Positions 1-12,029 of a stretch of 64,000 nucleotides of DNA are shown in pieces. The stretch lies in the NCBI RefSeq assembly GCF_006345805.1, contig NC_042998.1, forward strand, positions 18,662,001 through 18,726,000, in the 5' to 3' direction. The DNA is from Octopus sinensis (Eukaryota). The notes under the pieces are model-generated. The model worked only from the letters and a program-made list of their open reading frames with translations. It ran no database searches and was not told the origin of the DNA. The first letter of the stretch is position 1; every line of letters begins with the position of its first letter. The translations under genes and the position numbers were made by a program.

Positions 1-261
1 AGAGAACCAGAATGGATAACTAAAGAAATTAAGAGTGAATGGCAGCATAACAAGAATGTTTAGTTAGCGTGCAATATGCTCCAGCTTGGACCTTTCCATA
101 ATTATTTTTTGTGTATCCCTCAGGCAATATACAATGAAATAGATGGAAGACACGGATGTGTATGATCTTGCTTTTAAGGTAGACAGTGTAATTGAATGAA
201 TAGGTTGCTGTTATTTCTAGTAGGTCAGTCATTGAGCAGGTAGGGTTATAGTGATATTATT

Positions 262-345
262 GTTACTGCCGCTACTACTACTACCTCTACTACTACTACT
301 ACTACCTCTACTAAAACTACTACTACTACTACTACTACTACTACT
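262..345. repeat. (ACT)n microsatellite
   Basis: Direct reading: imperfect ctactact run. Confidence 0.95.
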
Positions 346-913
346 GTGGTGGTAGTGGTGGTATCAGAAGCAGCGTATGGAGGAGGAAGAGGAGGAGAAG
401 GAGGAGGGAAAGTGAGAAGAGTAGTTGAGGGAGGAGGAATGGAGGTAGAGAAGGGGAGTGGTCACAGTAGCAGAAGTGTGATAGACTGTACTTGCTTTGG
501 TGTTGGTGCCGGTTGTGGTTGTACAGTAGTATTATTGGTCATATAGTGATCATTGAAGTGAAACCAAGTGTGACAGTAGTTGCCGTGTAGTAATGGGGTT
601 TGTGGTACTTGCAGTGAATAGATAGATAGATTTATTTAGCCACTCAGACTTAACATAGAGGGGACAAAACAATGTAGAAATTTTCTTTCCCAAAATCGAT
701 CAAAAGGGTTTTACGGGGTGAGGATTAATACACAAATAGATAACAAGTTGAGGTTTTTTTTAATGATTTGTATTCCCAAAAGGGGAAAAAGATATAACAT
801 TGATTCGAGTTATCCGTGGAAAGAAAAACCTACGAAAAATAACCGCGGTAACCTCGGCAAAGGGAAAATCTATGAGAGCAAAGTGCCCACTCTCTCTCTC
901 TTTGTTTGTTTTT

Positions 914-914
<1 letters not shown>

Positions 915-950
<36 letters not shown>

Positions 951-951
951 C

Positions 952-990
<39 letters not shown>
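915..990. repeat. (GATA)n followed by (GA)n microsatellite
   Basis: Direct reading. Confidence 0.95.
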
Positions 991-2545
991 ATAGTTTTGG
1001 CAGTTGGAAAGGTGTTGTTGGTGGTGGTGGTCGTGTTTGTGGTCGTAAGTATTTTCTGATCGCATTGGGGTCTGGTGTTAGATATTTATCCCTGAGTTAA
1101 AATGCATATCTACCGTGACCATAACATCTTAATTATAAGTATAGCGGATCGAGAAAATCTAGTGGTAAATGTTTATTTTGACTGTCGCATTCCAGGCCTG
1201 ATCAGTTGGTCTTTTATTCTCTATATGAAAATACGTCAATATTATATTATCGAACGTGCCCTATTTACTGACAGCATAGTACAATTGACTGTTCAATCTA
1301 GTTGTTAGAAACAGCACGTGTAGGAAGTCCCGATGACAAACTGTTATAATAGTTGCAACTATTGTTCGAAATCGTAGTATTGATATCTGTCAGAATACTC
1401 ATAGCGAAGCCATCGTTTTTTTTCTTATTTATTATTATTCCTCTACCCACGTGATCGATAAATAAATTACCGATCAAGTACAGGGTTGATTGTATCCCCA
1501 AGCTGTCACAACTGCTGCCCTTAACCTAAAATAGAAAAAATATTGATAATTGCTTTTTTAGTCTCAATTCAGCCTCGGTCAAGTAGAACTAGCACCAACA
1601 GCCTTCTAGCCATAAAAATTGTGTCTTATTTATTTATAATATCAGCCCGTTTTAAAGAGAGGTCGGATGTTGTGAGAAGGATTTCAGTGCTCTTTCTAGA
1701 AAATTTCAGCTATCACCCTGAATAAGACTCCTTCATTTACATTGTGGATAATAGTAGTAGTCGGAAGTTATTAAGAGATAGTCATGGTGGTGGTGGTGGC
1801 CGCCGTGGTGTTTGTTATGTTAAACTTCGAGCATTGAAGTGTCATACGAAAAGCTGAATGTGTCGGGAATTTATCGCCAGCAAGTTGCATATATTACTAA
1901 TACCACAGAGTGAAAAATCAATATTTCGATCAATAAAATCAATAGGAAAACTTAATGGAGCTTAGTTTATGCATGCATATATATATATATATATATATAC
2001 AGAAACTACATACGCATATACATACATATTTTATTCCCATGCTCACACACATCTAAATAGATATGTGCGTATGTATAATTGTGAGTGTGTGAGCGTGGTA
2101 AGCAAGAGTGATACATATATATACATTTAGCTGTTACTATAAATAGATATATATTGTGAAGCTTACGTTCAAGGCAATGTGCGCCATCTTGGAACATGGT
2201 GTAAGAGTATGTACAATTGGTTGACGTCGGTAGTCAGTGTTGTTGGCGTGCATTTCCTAACTTACAAATGTCAAACTCTTATTTAACGTACGTAGTTTCT
2301 CTGTGCTAATTTATATAAGCGTATAATAACGTGTACGTGCAAAATTACATGCACGTGCGCACATACACAGACACACACACAAATACATATACAGGCATGC
2401 ACATGTAGATACGTGGGTGCGCCTGGGAGAAGAGGGAGAGGAAGACATGCATCATAATGTACAATGTAAATGTCTACCACGTCGATTTGTAATAACAAGA
2501 ATTGTATTCAACAATCATTTGTAACCTTACGAAGTCCTAAGACAG

Positions 2546-2791
2546 CTTCGGTGACATTTATAATACAACGGTATCTTTTGGAGTTTTAAAGTCCATAAAA
2601 TGGGGTTCCACAGAATTTACATCCAAACAACTTCAAGCCAAAGACGCAGATACACAGGGAGCAGAAAGAAAGAAAGAAGAGAGCGATCGTAATAATAATT
2701 GTGCAACAAGGGACCAGGCCATAGCTTCGACAAGGATACCTGAGGATCGCAAAGCAAGCTTCTTGACGATCTGGGAAAGTCTCCAGCAATG
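2546..2791 (+). CDS. Possible coding exon of an unidentified gene
   Basis: Frame open from 2541 to 2825 (FGDIYNTTVSFGVLKSIKWGSTEF...RKASFLTIWESLQQ); AG at 2544-2545 and GTATGT at 2792. Acceptor lacks a pyrimidine tract, part of the frame is an AAAG-like run, and I recognise no homology. Confidence 0.15.
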
Positions 2792-2939
2792 TATGTGGAC
2801 ATTCGCAAAATACGCAGGGTTTAAATAGGGTATGTATTTGTGTATGTGTGTGTGTGTGTGTATGTGCGTGCGCATGTATCTATAAATGCTCTAATATCTA
2901 TACAGCCTTGGTTTTTTTTATCTCATTACGCAAAAATCC

Positions 2940-2970
<31 letters not shown>

Positions 2971-2989
2971 ATATAAATAATATATAAAT

Positions 2990-3115
2990 ATATGCATATA
3001 TACGTACATATATGTACATACCTACATATATATGTATATATGGTTACAGGACATCAAGAAAACGTTGAACACAATGAGAAACGAAAACATAAAAACAAAA
3101 AGAACATGCATCCAT
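2990..3115 (+). repeat. Partial copy (left arm plus spacer) of the fold-back family at 54145-54392
   Basis: ggttacaggacatcaagaaaacgttgaacacaatgagaaacgaaaacataaa matches 54221-54275. Confidence 0.75.
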
Positions 3116-3344
3116 GTACATATTCACCTCTCTGTGATCATCTGAATTACTCCTATAAAGAATAGTTTACGCTGAAACAAAGCAATGTCTTTGCAAATTT
3201 GTCTAAAAGATGGTTTCTTTTTCTGTCTGAAACCATGGTTCTGAAGGATACATAGATGAACATGTTGTCTATGAGAATCCGCGTATGAAAATATATGAGG
3301 ATGATCAGGGTAACAATGATTTTGGTCGTAGGTCTGTTCCATAA

Positions 3345-3574
3345 AGGCGGCGAGCTGGCAGAAACGTTAGCACGTCGGGCGAAATGCTTAGCGGTATTTC
3401 GTCTGCAGCTACGTTCTGAGTTCAAATTCTGTCGAGGTCGACTTTGCCTTTCATCCTTTCGGGGTCGGTAAATTAAGTACCAGTTACGCAATGGGGTCGA
3501 TATAATCGACTTAATCCGTTTGTCTGTCTTTGTTTGTCCTCTCTGTGTTTGGCCCCCTGTGGGTAGTAAAGAAT
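3345..3574 (+). mobile_element. tRNA-derived SINE type M (MetaSINE-like), full length with TSD
   Basis: A/B-box-like head; central gactttgcctttcatcctttcggggtcg resembles the Meta domain (recalled, not searched); 16-bp TSD taggtctgttccataa at 3329-3344 and 3575-3590. Confidence 0.9.
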
Positions 3575-3709
3575 TAGGTCTGTTCCATAAGTGCTGAATT
3601 TGGGGCTACACAACTACATAAAAATTGCTTTGATTAGAATTGAAGAGATGTTATTTTGCTAAAGGTGAATTTTCTACACAGAAGTTTGCAATAAGACATA
3701 ATACATATA

Positions 3710-3790
3710 ACAACAACAACAACAGCAATAATAACAATAATAATAATAATAATCATAATAATAATAATAATAATGATGATGATGATGATA
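3710..3790. repeat. Compound (AAC)/(AAT)/(GAT) microsatellite
   Basis: Direct reading. Confidence 0.9.
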
Positions 3791-4123
3791 ATAGATTTCA
3801 AAGTTATTATCAGTAAAGTAGTGATTTTCACAATAGAATTCATTGTCTCCGATTTGTAATTAAAGAAAATACGCTGGAATAGTTTACTTATAATTTCTTC
3901 AGAAGCGTGAAATTATTTAAACTCAGCACCTGAAGCTAATTGTCATTTTATATATTAATCCAGTGGCCTCCATCCGTGAAATATTTATACATCAGCCACC
4001 ATCACCAACAAAGGAAATTGGACAAGATTAATAGAGGGATGATGTGTGATTTTTCCCAGTGAAATACTATTGAACGCAAGCATAGATATATTCATTACGT
4101 ACATACATACATGTGCATGTGTG

Positions 4124-4162
<39 letters not shown>

Positions 4163-4163
<1 letters not shown>

Positions 4164-4395
4164 TTAGAGTGTTGCACTAACGATCGCGTGATCGCGGTTT
4201 CAATTCCTCGACGGGGTGCTGAATTGTGTTCTTGAGCAAATTACTTCCTCTCACGTTGCTCTAACACACAGCACATCGTAGATCTTCTCACGCAATGTCG
4301 ATTAGAAGGAGAGAGTGAGTTCACATATGCCACACACATTTGATCACTATAAACAAATCATTTGTGCAGTTCCTTCGGCAAAAATCCCGAGCACT
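4163..4395 (+). mobile_element. Diverged tRNA-derived SINE related to the K head
   Basis: gatcgcggtttcaattcc B-box-like, then ttgtgttcttgagcaa...tcacgttgctc as in 40128-40399. Confidence 0.6.
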
Positions 4396-4429
4396 CATAC
4401 TTCGACTTCGCCGGGAGAGCCCTTCACTA

Positions 4430-4625
4430 TCTGTGGCGACCTGTCAGAAACGTTAGTACGCCGGGCGAAATACTTAGAAGTATTTTGTCTTCACGTTCTG
4501 AGTTCAAATTACGCCGCGGTCGACTTTGCCTTTCATCTTTTTAGGGTCGATAAATTAACTACCAGTTGCGTACTGGGGGTCGATCTAATCGACTGACTCC
4601 TCCCCCCAAATTTCGGGTCTTATTG
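4430..4625 (+). mobile_element. SINE type M, diverged copy with alternative 3' end
   Basis: Matches 3345-3500; the tail differs. Confidence 0.85.
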
Positions 4626-4659
4626 GCTAGACTACAAAATATATATATATGTATATATG

Positions 4660-4847
4660 ATAGATCGTTAGCTCCTACACGCATTTTTTTCTCTCCTTGT
4701 AGGAGAAACGTAAAATACTTTTTCTATTCCTGAGCGTAGGCTCGAAACGTAAAAGACTTTTTCTATTCCTGAGCGCTATACTAATACATTTGCTTGTTTG
4801 TACTCCACCTGCCTTCGTCTTTTGTTTATTTTCGTAAACTTTCCCTT

Positions 4848-4850
<3 letters not shown>
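4660..4850 (+). mobile_element. Penelope-like short repeat with an internal tandem duplication (same family as 21245-21425)
   Basis: gagcgtaggctcgaaacgtaaaagac...ttctattcctgagcg...cttcgtcttttg...gtaaactttccc matches the reverse complement of 21247-21338; a 32-bp unit is repeated at 4705-4736 and 4744-4775. Confidence 0.65.
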
Positions 4851-4910
<60 letters not shown>

Positions 4911-5499
4911 ATGTATGTATGTATGTGTTATTTTTCTGTTCGATTCACACACTCATTGCATCGATCTTGCAGTTTTTCTAAGCCCTGTGAAAGAACAGGG
5001 AAGGTTGGGCCTCACGACGCCCTTATAGGCAGGAACTTTTCAGAATCCATTTCGTATCTAGTAGACAAAACATTTAATAAACAATAAAGACTGTATATTC
5101 TAAGCTGTATACATCTGTAAAAAAAAATGTGTATTCACCAAACAGCGTATTTTGTAAACTATATTATATAAAATGCCAAAATTCTCAAGTCGATATGTAA
5201 GTTCTATTATTTCAACATGAAGTGTAACGCCCTAAAACTGAAAGCTAGAACAAAACGCCCTAGATATGAATAGACTGCAGTTAAACAACCTAACATACGA
5301 TTTTTTAAATACTGTGCCATGTACCGCCTAGGTTCGAAGTACAAAAATGTATGTTTTGGTTCTATATTTTGCATTTGTAGCAACTCATCTAAGCAATGCC
5401 ATACGTTTTCTCTCGGGTCAATGTTTTAAGCTAAGGGAATATAATAATAATAAAGGTTGCATCGCTGGAGCTTTTTCTCCTGTTTCTTGTGTCTGTCAG

Positions 5500-5623
5500 G
5501 TTTTCAAATATATCGACGGGGTATGCTGCCATGAAGTTACTCATTTGCGGTTACTCATTTTGGATTTGGGTGTACCGACAAAACGATAAGCGCTACAACT
5601 TATACTACTTACGAGAAGTTGCG
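5500..5623 (+). CDS. Candidate internal exon, unidentified
   Basis: Strong acceptor tttttctcctgtttcttgtgtctgtcag; open frame FSNISTGYAAMKLLICGYSFWIWVYRQNDKRYNLYYLREVA; weak donor GTAAAA. Confidence 0.25.
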
Positions 5624-5670
5624 GTAAAAACAGTATTTATATGAAAAAGCGTGAGAAAATGTGAACTTAC

Positions 5671-5757
5671 CGTCGAATACACGCCATACAATTCATTGAT
5701 TGTAAAGGCATATCGAGGAGTATACAAAAAAATCAATATGGATTTTACGCGTATTTC
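5671..5757 (-). CDS. Candidate 87-nt phase-0 exon, unidentified
   Basis: Acceptor ctcttatcag, perfect GTAAGT donor, open frame EIRVKSILIFLYTPRYAFTINELYGVYST. Confidence 0.25.
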
Positions 5758-5832
5758 CTGATAAGAGCTGCCAATCAATGAATGTTATCTTGTGTCTTTA
5801 ATGGAAAGTGAATATTTTCTCACGCTTTCGCA

Positions 5833-5874
<42 letters not shown>

Positions 5875-6124
5875 ACACGTATGTCTATGTGGTTGTTAAT
5901 TTGTGTGTATGTGAGTGTGGGTGTGTGTGGTTTGTTCTTGTGCATGGATTCGTACATATAAGCATGTACGTATACATAATCACGCATACATTCATATATA
6001 CATATATATATATATATACATACACGCATAAACGAGCATATGTGCATACACATAGTTATAAACATGCATGTACATGTATGTATGTATATATATATATATA
6101 TATATAAGCACACACACACACATG

Positions 6125-6260
6125 AACAAAGTTAATGTGCCAAACAAGGTGGAATGTATAGTAATCCAATCGCATTTAGAGTAATATAATATTCATTAAA
6201 ACCGAAAACATTAACAAAATTGTTATTCAGGTTCACGTGACCGATTATCATGCGAAACGC
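6125..6260 (-). mobile_element. Diverged copy of the repeat at 32631-32785
   Basis: aaacaaggtggaa...tagagtaatat...aacaaaattgttattcaggttcacgtgaccg aligns with the reverse complement of 32631-32770. Confidence 0.55.
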
Positions 6261-6298
6261 ATATATATATATATATAAATGTATTCATTTATATGTGT

Positions 6299-6344
<46 letters not shown>

Positions 6345-6534
6345 GTGTGTATATATATATATAAATATATATTTATATACATATTGATTTATATATATAT
6401 ATAATATATATATTATACACGTATATTTATATATATACTTATCGATGTATATACACATATATGTGTGTGTGTACATGGCCTCCATATACATTCTTATGCT
6501 GGTGTATACAAGTATACTCGTTAATAAATACATG

Positions 6535-6636
<102 letters not shown>

Positions 6637-7116
6637 CATACACACATACAGACCTACACTTTCTGACAAGTTTTCCTAGAATGGCCATGCAGTCAAAATT
6701 TAATCACAAACGCAAATTTTTTTTTTTGGGGGGGGGTCGCTGAGAGCAGGGAAAATACGTCTCACATAAGCTGAAATCCTTCTGAGTCATTTCAAGGAAC
6801 TACTTTCATCCAAATCAGAAAACAGCTTACATATGTAACATGCAACAGCTGCTATGTATAACAAACAATTAAGACCATGTAACACTGAAATTATCTCTAA
6901 TTGATTAACAAACTTTTCCATTAACATTTGGATCTGCACGATATTTTTGTAAGTCGGCGTTTGTAAACGATAAAATCAGAGCAATTAGCAATGACCTCAA
7001 AGCCTCAAAGATATTCTTCTAAAAGCTCTACAGGTACCTGACAATGCTTGAGATTAGTGTCTCTGTGACGTGAACATTTATACTGCCGAGTCTTACACGA
7101 AGAAAATCCATACATC

Positions 7117-7339
7117 AGCTGGCAGAAACGTTAGCACTCCGGGCGAAATGCGTACCGTATTTCGTCTGTCGTTACGTTTCGAGTTCAAATTCCGCCGAGG
7201 TCGACTTTCCTTTTCATCCTTTCGGGGTCGATAAATTAAGTACCAGTTACGCACTGGGGTGGATGCAATCGACTTAATCCCTTTGTCTGTCCTTGTTTGT
7301 CCCTTCTGTGTTTAGCCCCTTGTGGGTAATAAAGAAATA
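7117..7339 (+). mobile_element. SINE type M
   Basis: Near-identical to 3345-3574. Confidence 0.9.
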
Positions 7340-7884
7340 TAAATTCCTGTTTAGCTTTTCAAGGCTCCTATGGTCCCTCCATTCTGAACTTCACTTTGCA
7401 CGTCTTGACTGAGGGGCACTACCGCAAACTTCCCTGGAGAAACATTTAAGAAAAGACTTCCCACAAATATTGTGCTGCTAGCGCATATTATTCTACGCAA
7501 ACAAATACATACATGCACACATACAGTCATGCACACATACACATACGCACGTACACACTCATATACGCGCGCACGCAAACACGCAAACACACGTACATTA
7601 TTTTGGTGTACTTAAGAATTTGGCCTGGTCTTCTGACCATGATCAAGAAGTAATGCATTATCATGTTATTTTGTGGCGGCCATACGTTGGGTAACTCCCT
7701 TGTCGGTATATGTATATATCTGGGTTCTTCATAGAGCATTAGGAGTATTTTAACTCTTATTTCTAGCAATGCTAGTGCTTCGGCATCCTTATTCACAATG
7801 AGTGACGATTGGACTTTTCCTTTAGATACCACATTGTGCTTGGCTCTTTATATTAATACATGTGTGTGTGTGTGCATAATGTGT

Positions 7885-7929
<45 letters not shown>

Positions 7930-7930
<1 letters not shown>

Positions 7931-8240
7931 ACGTGATGACCGTGACCCACCAGGCTATCAGATGTTACTACAAATCGTTAGTTACAATGCGCTTTGCATT
8001 GTTTTAGCCTTCAAATGACGCCACCCGGCTGTGTAAGCTAGCAGGTCAACAGAAGAAAGAGTGCGAGAAAGTTGTGGCGAAAGAGTAGAGCAGGGATCGC
8101 CACCACCCTCCCTGCCGGAGCGTCGTGGAGCTTTAGGTGTTTTTCGCTCAAAAAACACACATAACGCTCGGTCTGGGAATCGAAACCGCGATCCTATAAC
8201 CGCGAGTGCGCTGCCCTAACCACTGGGCCATTGCGCCTCA
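7930..8240 (-). mobile_element. tRNA-derived SINE, R head plus RTE-like tail (c)
   Basis: Head gaggcgcaatggcccagtggttagggcag with A/B boxes; tail ends ctggtgggtcacggtcatcacg. Confidence 0.9.
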
Positions 8241-8249
8241 CACACACAC

Positions 8250-8402
8250 ATATCTATCTATCTATCTATCTATCTATATATATCTATCTATATATATATA
8301 TATATATATATCTATCTATCTATATATATATCTCTATCTCTATATATATATATCTATCTCTATCTATCTATATATATCTATCTATCTATCTATCTATATA
8401 TA

Positions 8403-8433
<31 letters not shown>

Positions 8434-8441
8434 ATCTATCT

Positions 8442-8485
<44 letters not shown>

Positions 8486-8520
8486 TTATATATATATATA
8501 TTATATATATATATATAATA
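8250..8520. repeat. (TATC)/(TA) compound microsatellite
   Basis: Direct reading. Confidence 0.95.
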
Positions 8521-9137
8521 TATGCATGTATGTATGTATGTCTGTGTATACACACAGAAATATAGAAGTTTGTTTACATAAAATAGAATAATATATTTAT
8601 ATAGGACAAGTGCGGTATAAAACAGAAAAACAGAATCGCACTCATACGGTTGGTATCGAGTTAAAAGCATGAAAGAAGCAGACTGCGAGTGTGATAAAAG
8701 CGTAATATATATCAATTTTATATCCTTCAGAAGCCGATAGCCGTAGTAAATAAAGTGGAAGTGATTTATGCGTTATCTGCTCGATGGATATCTCGGGTAT
8801 TCGTATAACTTCTAGAGGTGTTCCAATATAGCAGGTATTCGACTAAAACATATTGCGTTAGATAATGTTTAATGATTGAGATAAAAACGATGATAATAAC
8901 CTCAATATTAATAATGCTTCTGACTTTGGAACAAAGATGGTACGGATTATATTGGTTTTCATAGAAAGGATTTGGCCAGGGGATTTGGTTATTTTATCCT
9001 GCGTCATGGGCAAGTGGGAAGATAATGGTGCGTAGTTAATTAAGAGAAACCCCTAATTCGGATGATTTGTCTGGATTCTTGTAACAGAGAGCTGTTTACT
9101 AAAAGCACCTGTGAGCCAAAGATAGCGCCAAACTGTG

Positions 9138-9407
9138 GGATCTTTTCCTTTTGAATGGCAGTTTTCAACACAATTTCTAGTTAACTAAACACTTTTAACT
9201 TCGTATACTGGTAGAATGTGTTTATAAAACATCATTTTTTCTTGGCTTTATTGAGAAAATTCTATATGTTGTAACATATTTCGATTTTAATTTCGAGCAT
9301 TTCGGCAATTTTAACCAATCTACGAATTTTAACCAGTATACGAAGTTTAAAAGTGTTTAGTTAACTAGAAACTGTGTTGAAAACTGCCGTTCAAAAGGAG
9401 AAGTTCC
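9138..9407. mobile_element. MITE with ~75-bp TIRs and 8-bp TSD (Merlin-like)
   Basis: Inverted arms 9138-9212 and 9332-9407; termini GGATC...GTTCC; TSD aaactgtg at 9130-9137 and 9408-9415. GG termini with an 8-bp TSD fit Merlin. Confidence 0.75.
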
Positions 9408-9559
9408 AAACTGTGTTCTCCTACCAAAGACAAGAAGTAAAATACAAGCAAAACTGAAGGGAACCTTCTGCGCATTTCTGAAATGGGATACAGTGGAAAG
9501 AACCAAGAAGAACAAAAATAAGAGTACAAAATGAAACGGAACAAACAACAGCCGCTCAG

Positions 9560-9561
9560 AC

Positions 9562-9600
<39 letters not shown>
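9560..9600. repeat. (AGT)n microsatellite
   Basis: Direct reading. Confidence 0.95.
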
Positions 9601-9601
<1 letters not shown>

Positions 9602-9799
9602 TGTTGGTGTCTTGGTGATGGCGGTAGTACACACACACACATACATATATATACACACACATATACGCATGCACAAAGCATTGGTGTCGCCTACTGAAGT
9701 GAGCTTTCGCCCACTCACCTTACCCGGAAGTAAAGCATATAATTACAAATATTCTAATATTTTGTGATCACTTTGAAAGAAAATACGAGTGCATGAAAG

Positions 9800-10188
9800 C
9801 CATACAACACGATACATATATATATATACACGCAAACACGCATACATACAAACATACAATACATACATACATATACATATATACCTATATACATACGTAC
9901 GAACGCACGAACATACGTACATACATACATGCATATTTACATACACAAATACGTACCTATATACATACGTGTGAACGCACGGTCATACATACATATATGC
10001 TAAACATACATATTTGCATACGTACAAACGGATAGACAGACGTACATACATACATACATGTATGCATGCATACATACATACATATTTGCATACATACATG
10101 CATACATATATACATACCTGCATACATACATGCATGCATATATATATATACATACATACATGCATACATACATACATACATACATACA

Positions 10189-10224
<36 letters not shown>

Positions 10225-10562
10225 TACATACATGCATATATATATACATACATGCATACATACATGCATGCATATACATACATACATACATACATACATG
10301 CATACATACATACATACATACATGCATGCATATATATATACATACATACATGCATATATATATACATACATACATGCATGCATATATATATATACATACA
10401 TACATACATGCATATATATATATACATACATACATGCATGCATATATATATATACATACATACATACATGCATGCATATATATATATACATACAAACATA
10501 CATGCATATATATATATACATACATACACACATACATACATGCATACATACATACACACATG
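9800..10562. repeat. Long (TACA)/(TGCA)/(TA) compound array with ~30-bp higher-order units
   Basis: Direct reading; it produces the spurious 187-210 aa ORFs. Confidence 0.95.
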
Positions 10563-11019
10563 CAAATACAGTTTTAGTGTCACCCGCAAAGCGAAACAAT
10601 CGAGCGCTCTTTGTACTCATGTTACCCGGAAGTAAAACGTGTAATTACAAATATTTTAATATTATGTACTATAAGTGTTAGCCACAAGAGGGCGGACCCG
10701 AATAACCAGGTAGAATGTTATTGTTGTGGCTATTGCGCTATTTGTTCATGTTGTTGATCTTGTACGCTCCCGTATTTGGATTTTAAAGTTATGAGTTCAC
10801 TTTATCAATTCACCCCACCCCAGCAAAAATGCTATGTAATTGCGAGTCATTGGACACACCCTGCACTTATTCATGAAACACCCAGTCTCTTTCTTTCTCT
10901 CTCTCTCCTCTCTCTCTCTCTTTCACTTGCTCTCTTTCTATCTCTCTCATTCTTTCTCTCTCTCTCGTTCAATGCCTTTTTCTGTCAATATCTATGTGTC
11001 ATCATATATATATATATAG

Positions 11020-11052
<33 letters not shown>

Positions 11053-11147
11053 TATATAATTATATAGGATGAATATTTTTTACAGAAAAAATTTCATCAA
11101 GAAAATGTGGCAGCATATTAAAATACCTTTAAAGGTTAAAATTATAA

Positions 11148-11344
11148 ACAACTTATAAACAAGGGCAAAAGAAAATTACTTCTATGCCAATATGTTCATA
11201 ACAGACATTTAAATCGTCAATTTCCACATATTATTATATAATATGTAGTGGGTATATAATAATATGTGGAAATTGAAGATTTAAAAGTCTATTATTAGCA
11301 TATTGGCATAGAAATAATTTTCTTTTGCCCTTGTTTATAAGTTG

Positions 11345-11345
<1 letters not shown>
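11148..11345. repeat. Fold-back palindrome: 93-bp arms, 12-nt spacer
   Basis: 11148-11240 versus the reverse complement of 11253-11345: 6 mismatches by manual alignment. Confidence 0.9.
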
Positions 11346-11376
<31 letters not shown>

Positions 11377-11610
11377 AAAGCATACATATATAAGTCCGAG
11401 TGTGGGGGACATATATTTATGTATATGCGTGCAGGCGTGTAGAGCGTTGCGTAATATATCTATAATTATGTATATAATTCAGATAGAAGTAATGCTAGCC
11501 TCATGAAGGGATTGCGCCATCAAAGGAAATACTGGTTCAATACCTAATATTTTGAGGGCAATTGGTTTCCTTAAAATAATAGGTATGTATATAAACTGTA
11601 GTTTATATTC

Positions 11611-12029
11611 ATGCAAAGGAAACAAGAAAATGGAGATTTTGAAGTTAATAAGAATTTATTATCAATAAGAAGTCGATCATTATCCCCTGCAACTGTTTCA
11701 ATTATACAGAGAGAAATTAATTAAATATCAAATTCATATTCCTGAGAATAATGTCTTCAAAGCGGGGTGGGAATATACCCTTAGACGTTATGTACGTTTG
11801 TTTGTAGACTCATCCTACATGTTATGTATGCTGTGATGATTCTACAAACATACATAACATCTAAGGGTAAATTTTTTCCCTCTGAAGAGATTAATCTCAG
11901 GGATATGAATCTAATATCTAATTAATTTCACTGTGTATAATTGAAACAGCTGTAAGGGATAATGATCGATTTCTTGCTGATAATAAACTCTTATTAACTT
12001 CAAAATTTCTATTTTCTTCCTTTTCGTAT
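11611..12029. repeat. Fold-back palindrome: ~200-bp arms, 20-nt spacer
   Basis: 11624-11814 aligns with the reverse complement of 11835-12018, roughly 80-85% identical by eye. Confidence 0.85.

Noticed and set aside
7527-7832. Minus-strand ORF containing EIRVKILLMLYEEPRY, similar to EIRVKSILIFLYTPRY at 5671-5757
   Set aside because: The rough ungapped score is only ~21 bits, which is expected by chance among the peptides I compared. Splice phases also disagree, so paralogy is unsupported.
9957-10681. 187-210 aa ORFs (MYVC/HTYI-rich), and similar ORFs at 12731-13228, 39494-40016 and elsewhere
   Set aside because: They are translations of stop-free microsatellites.
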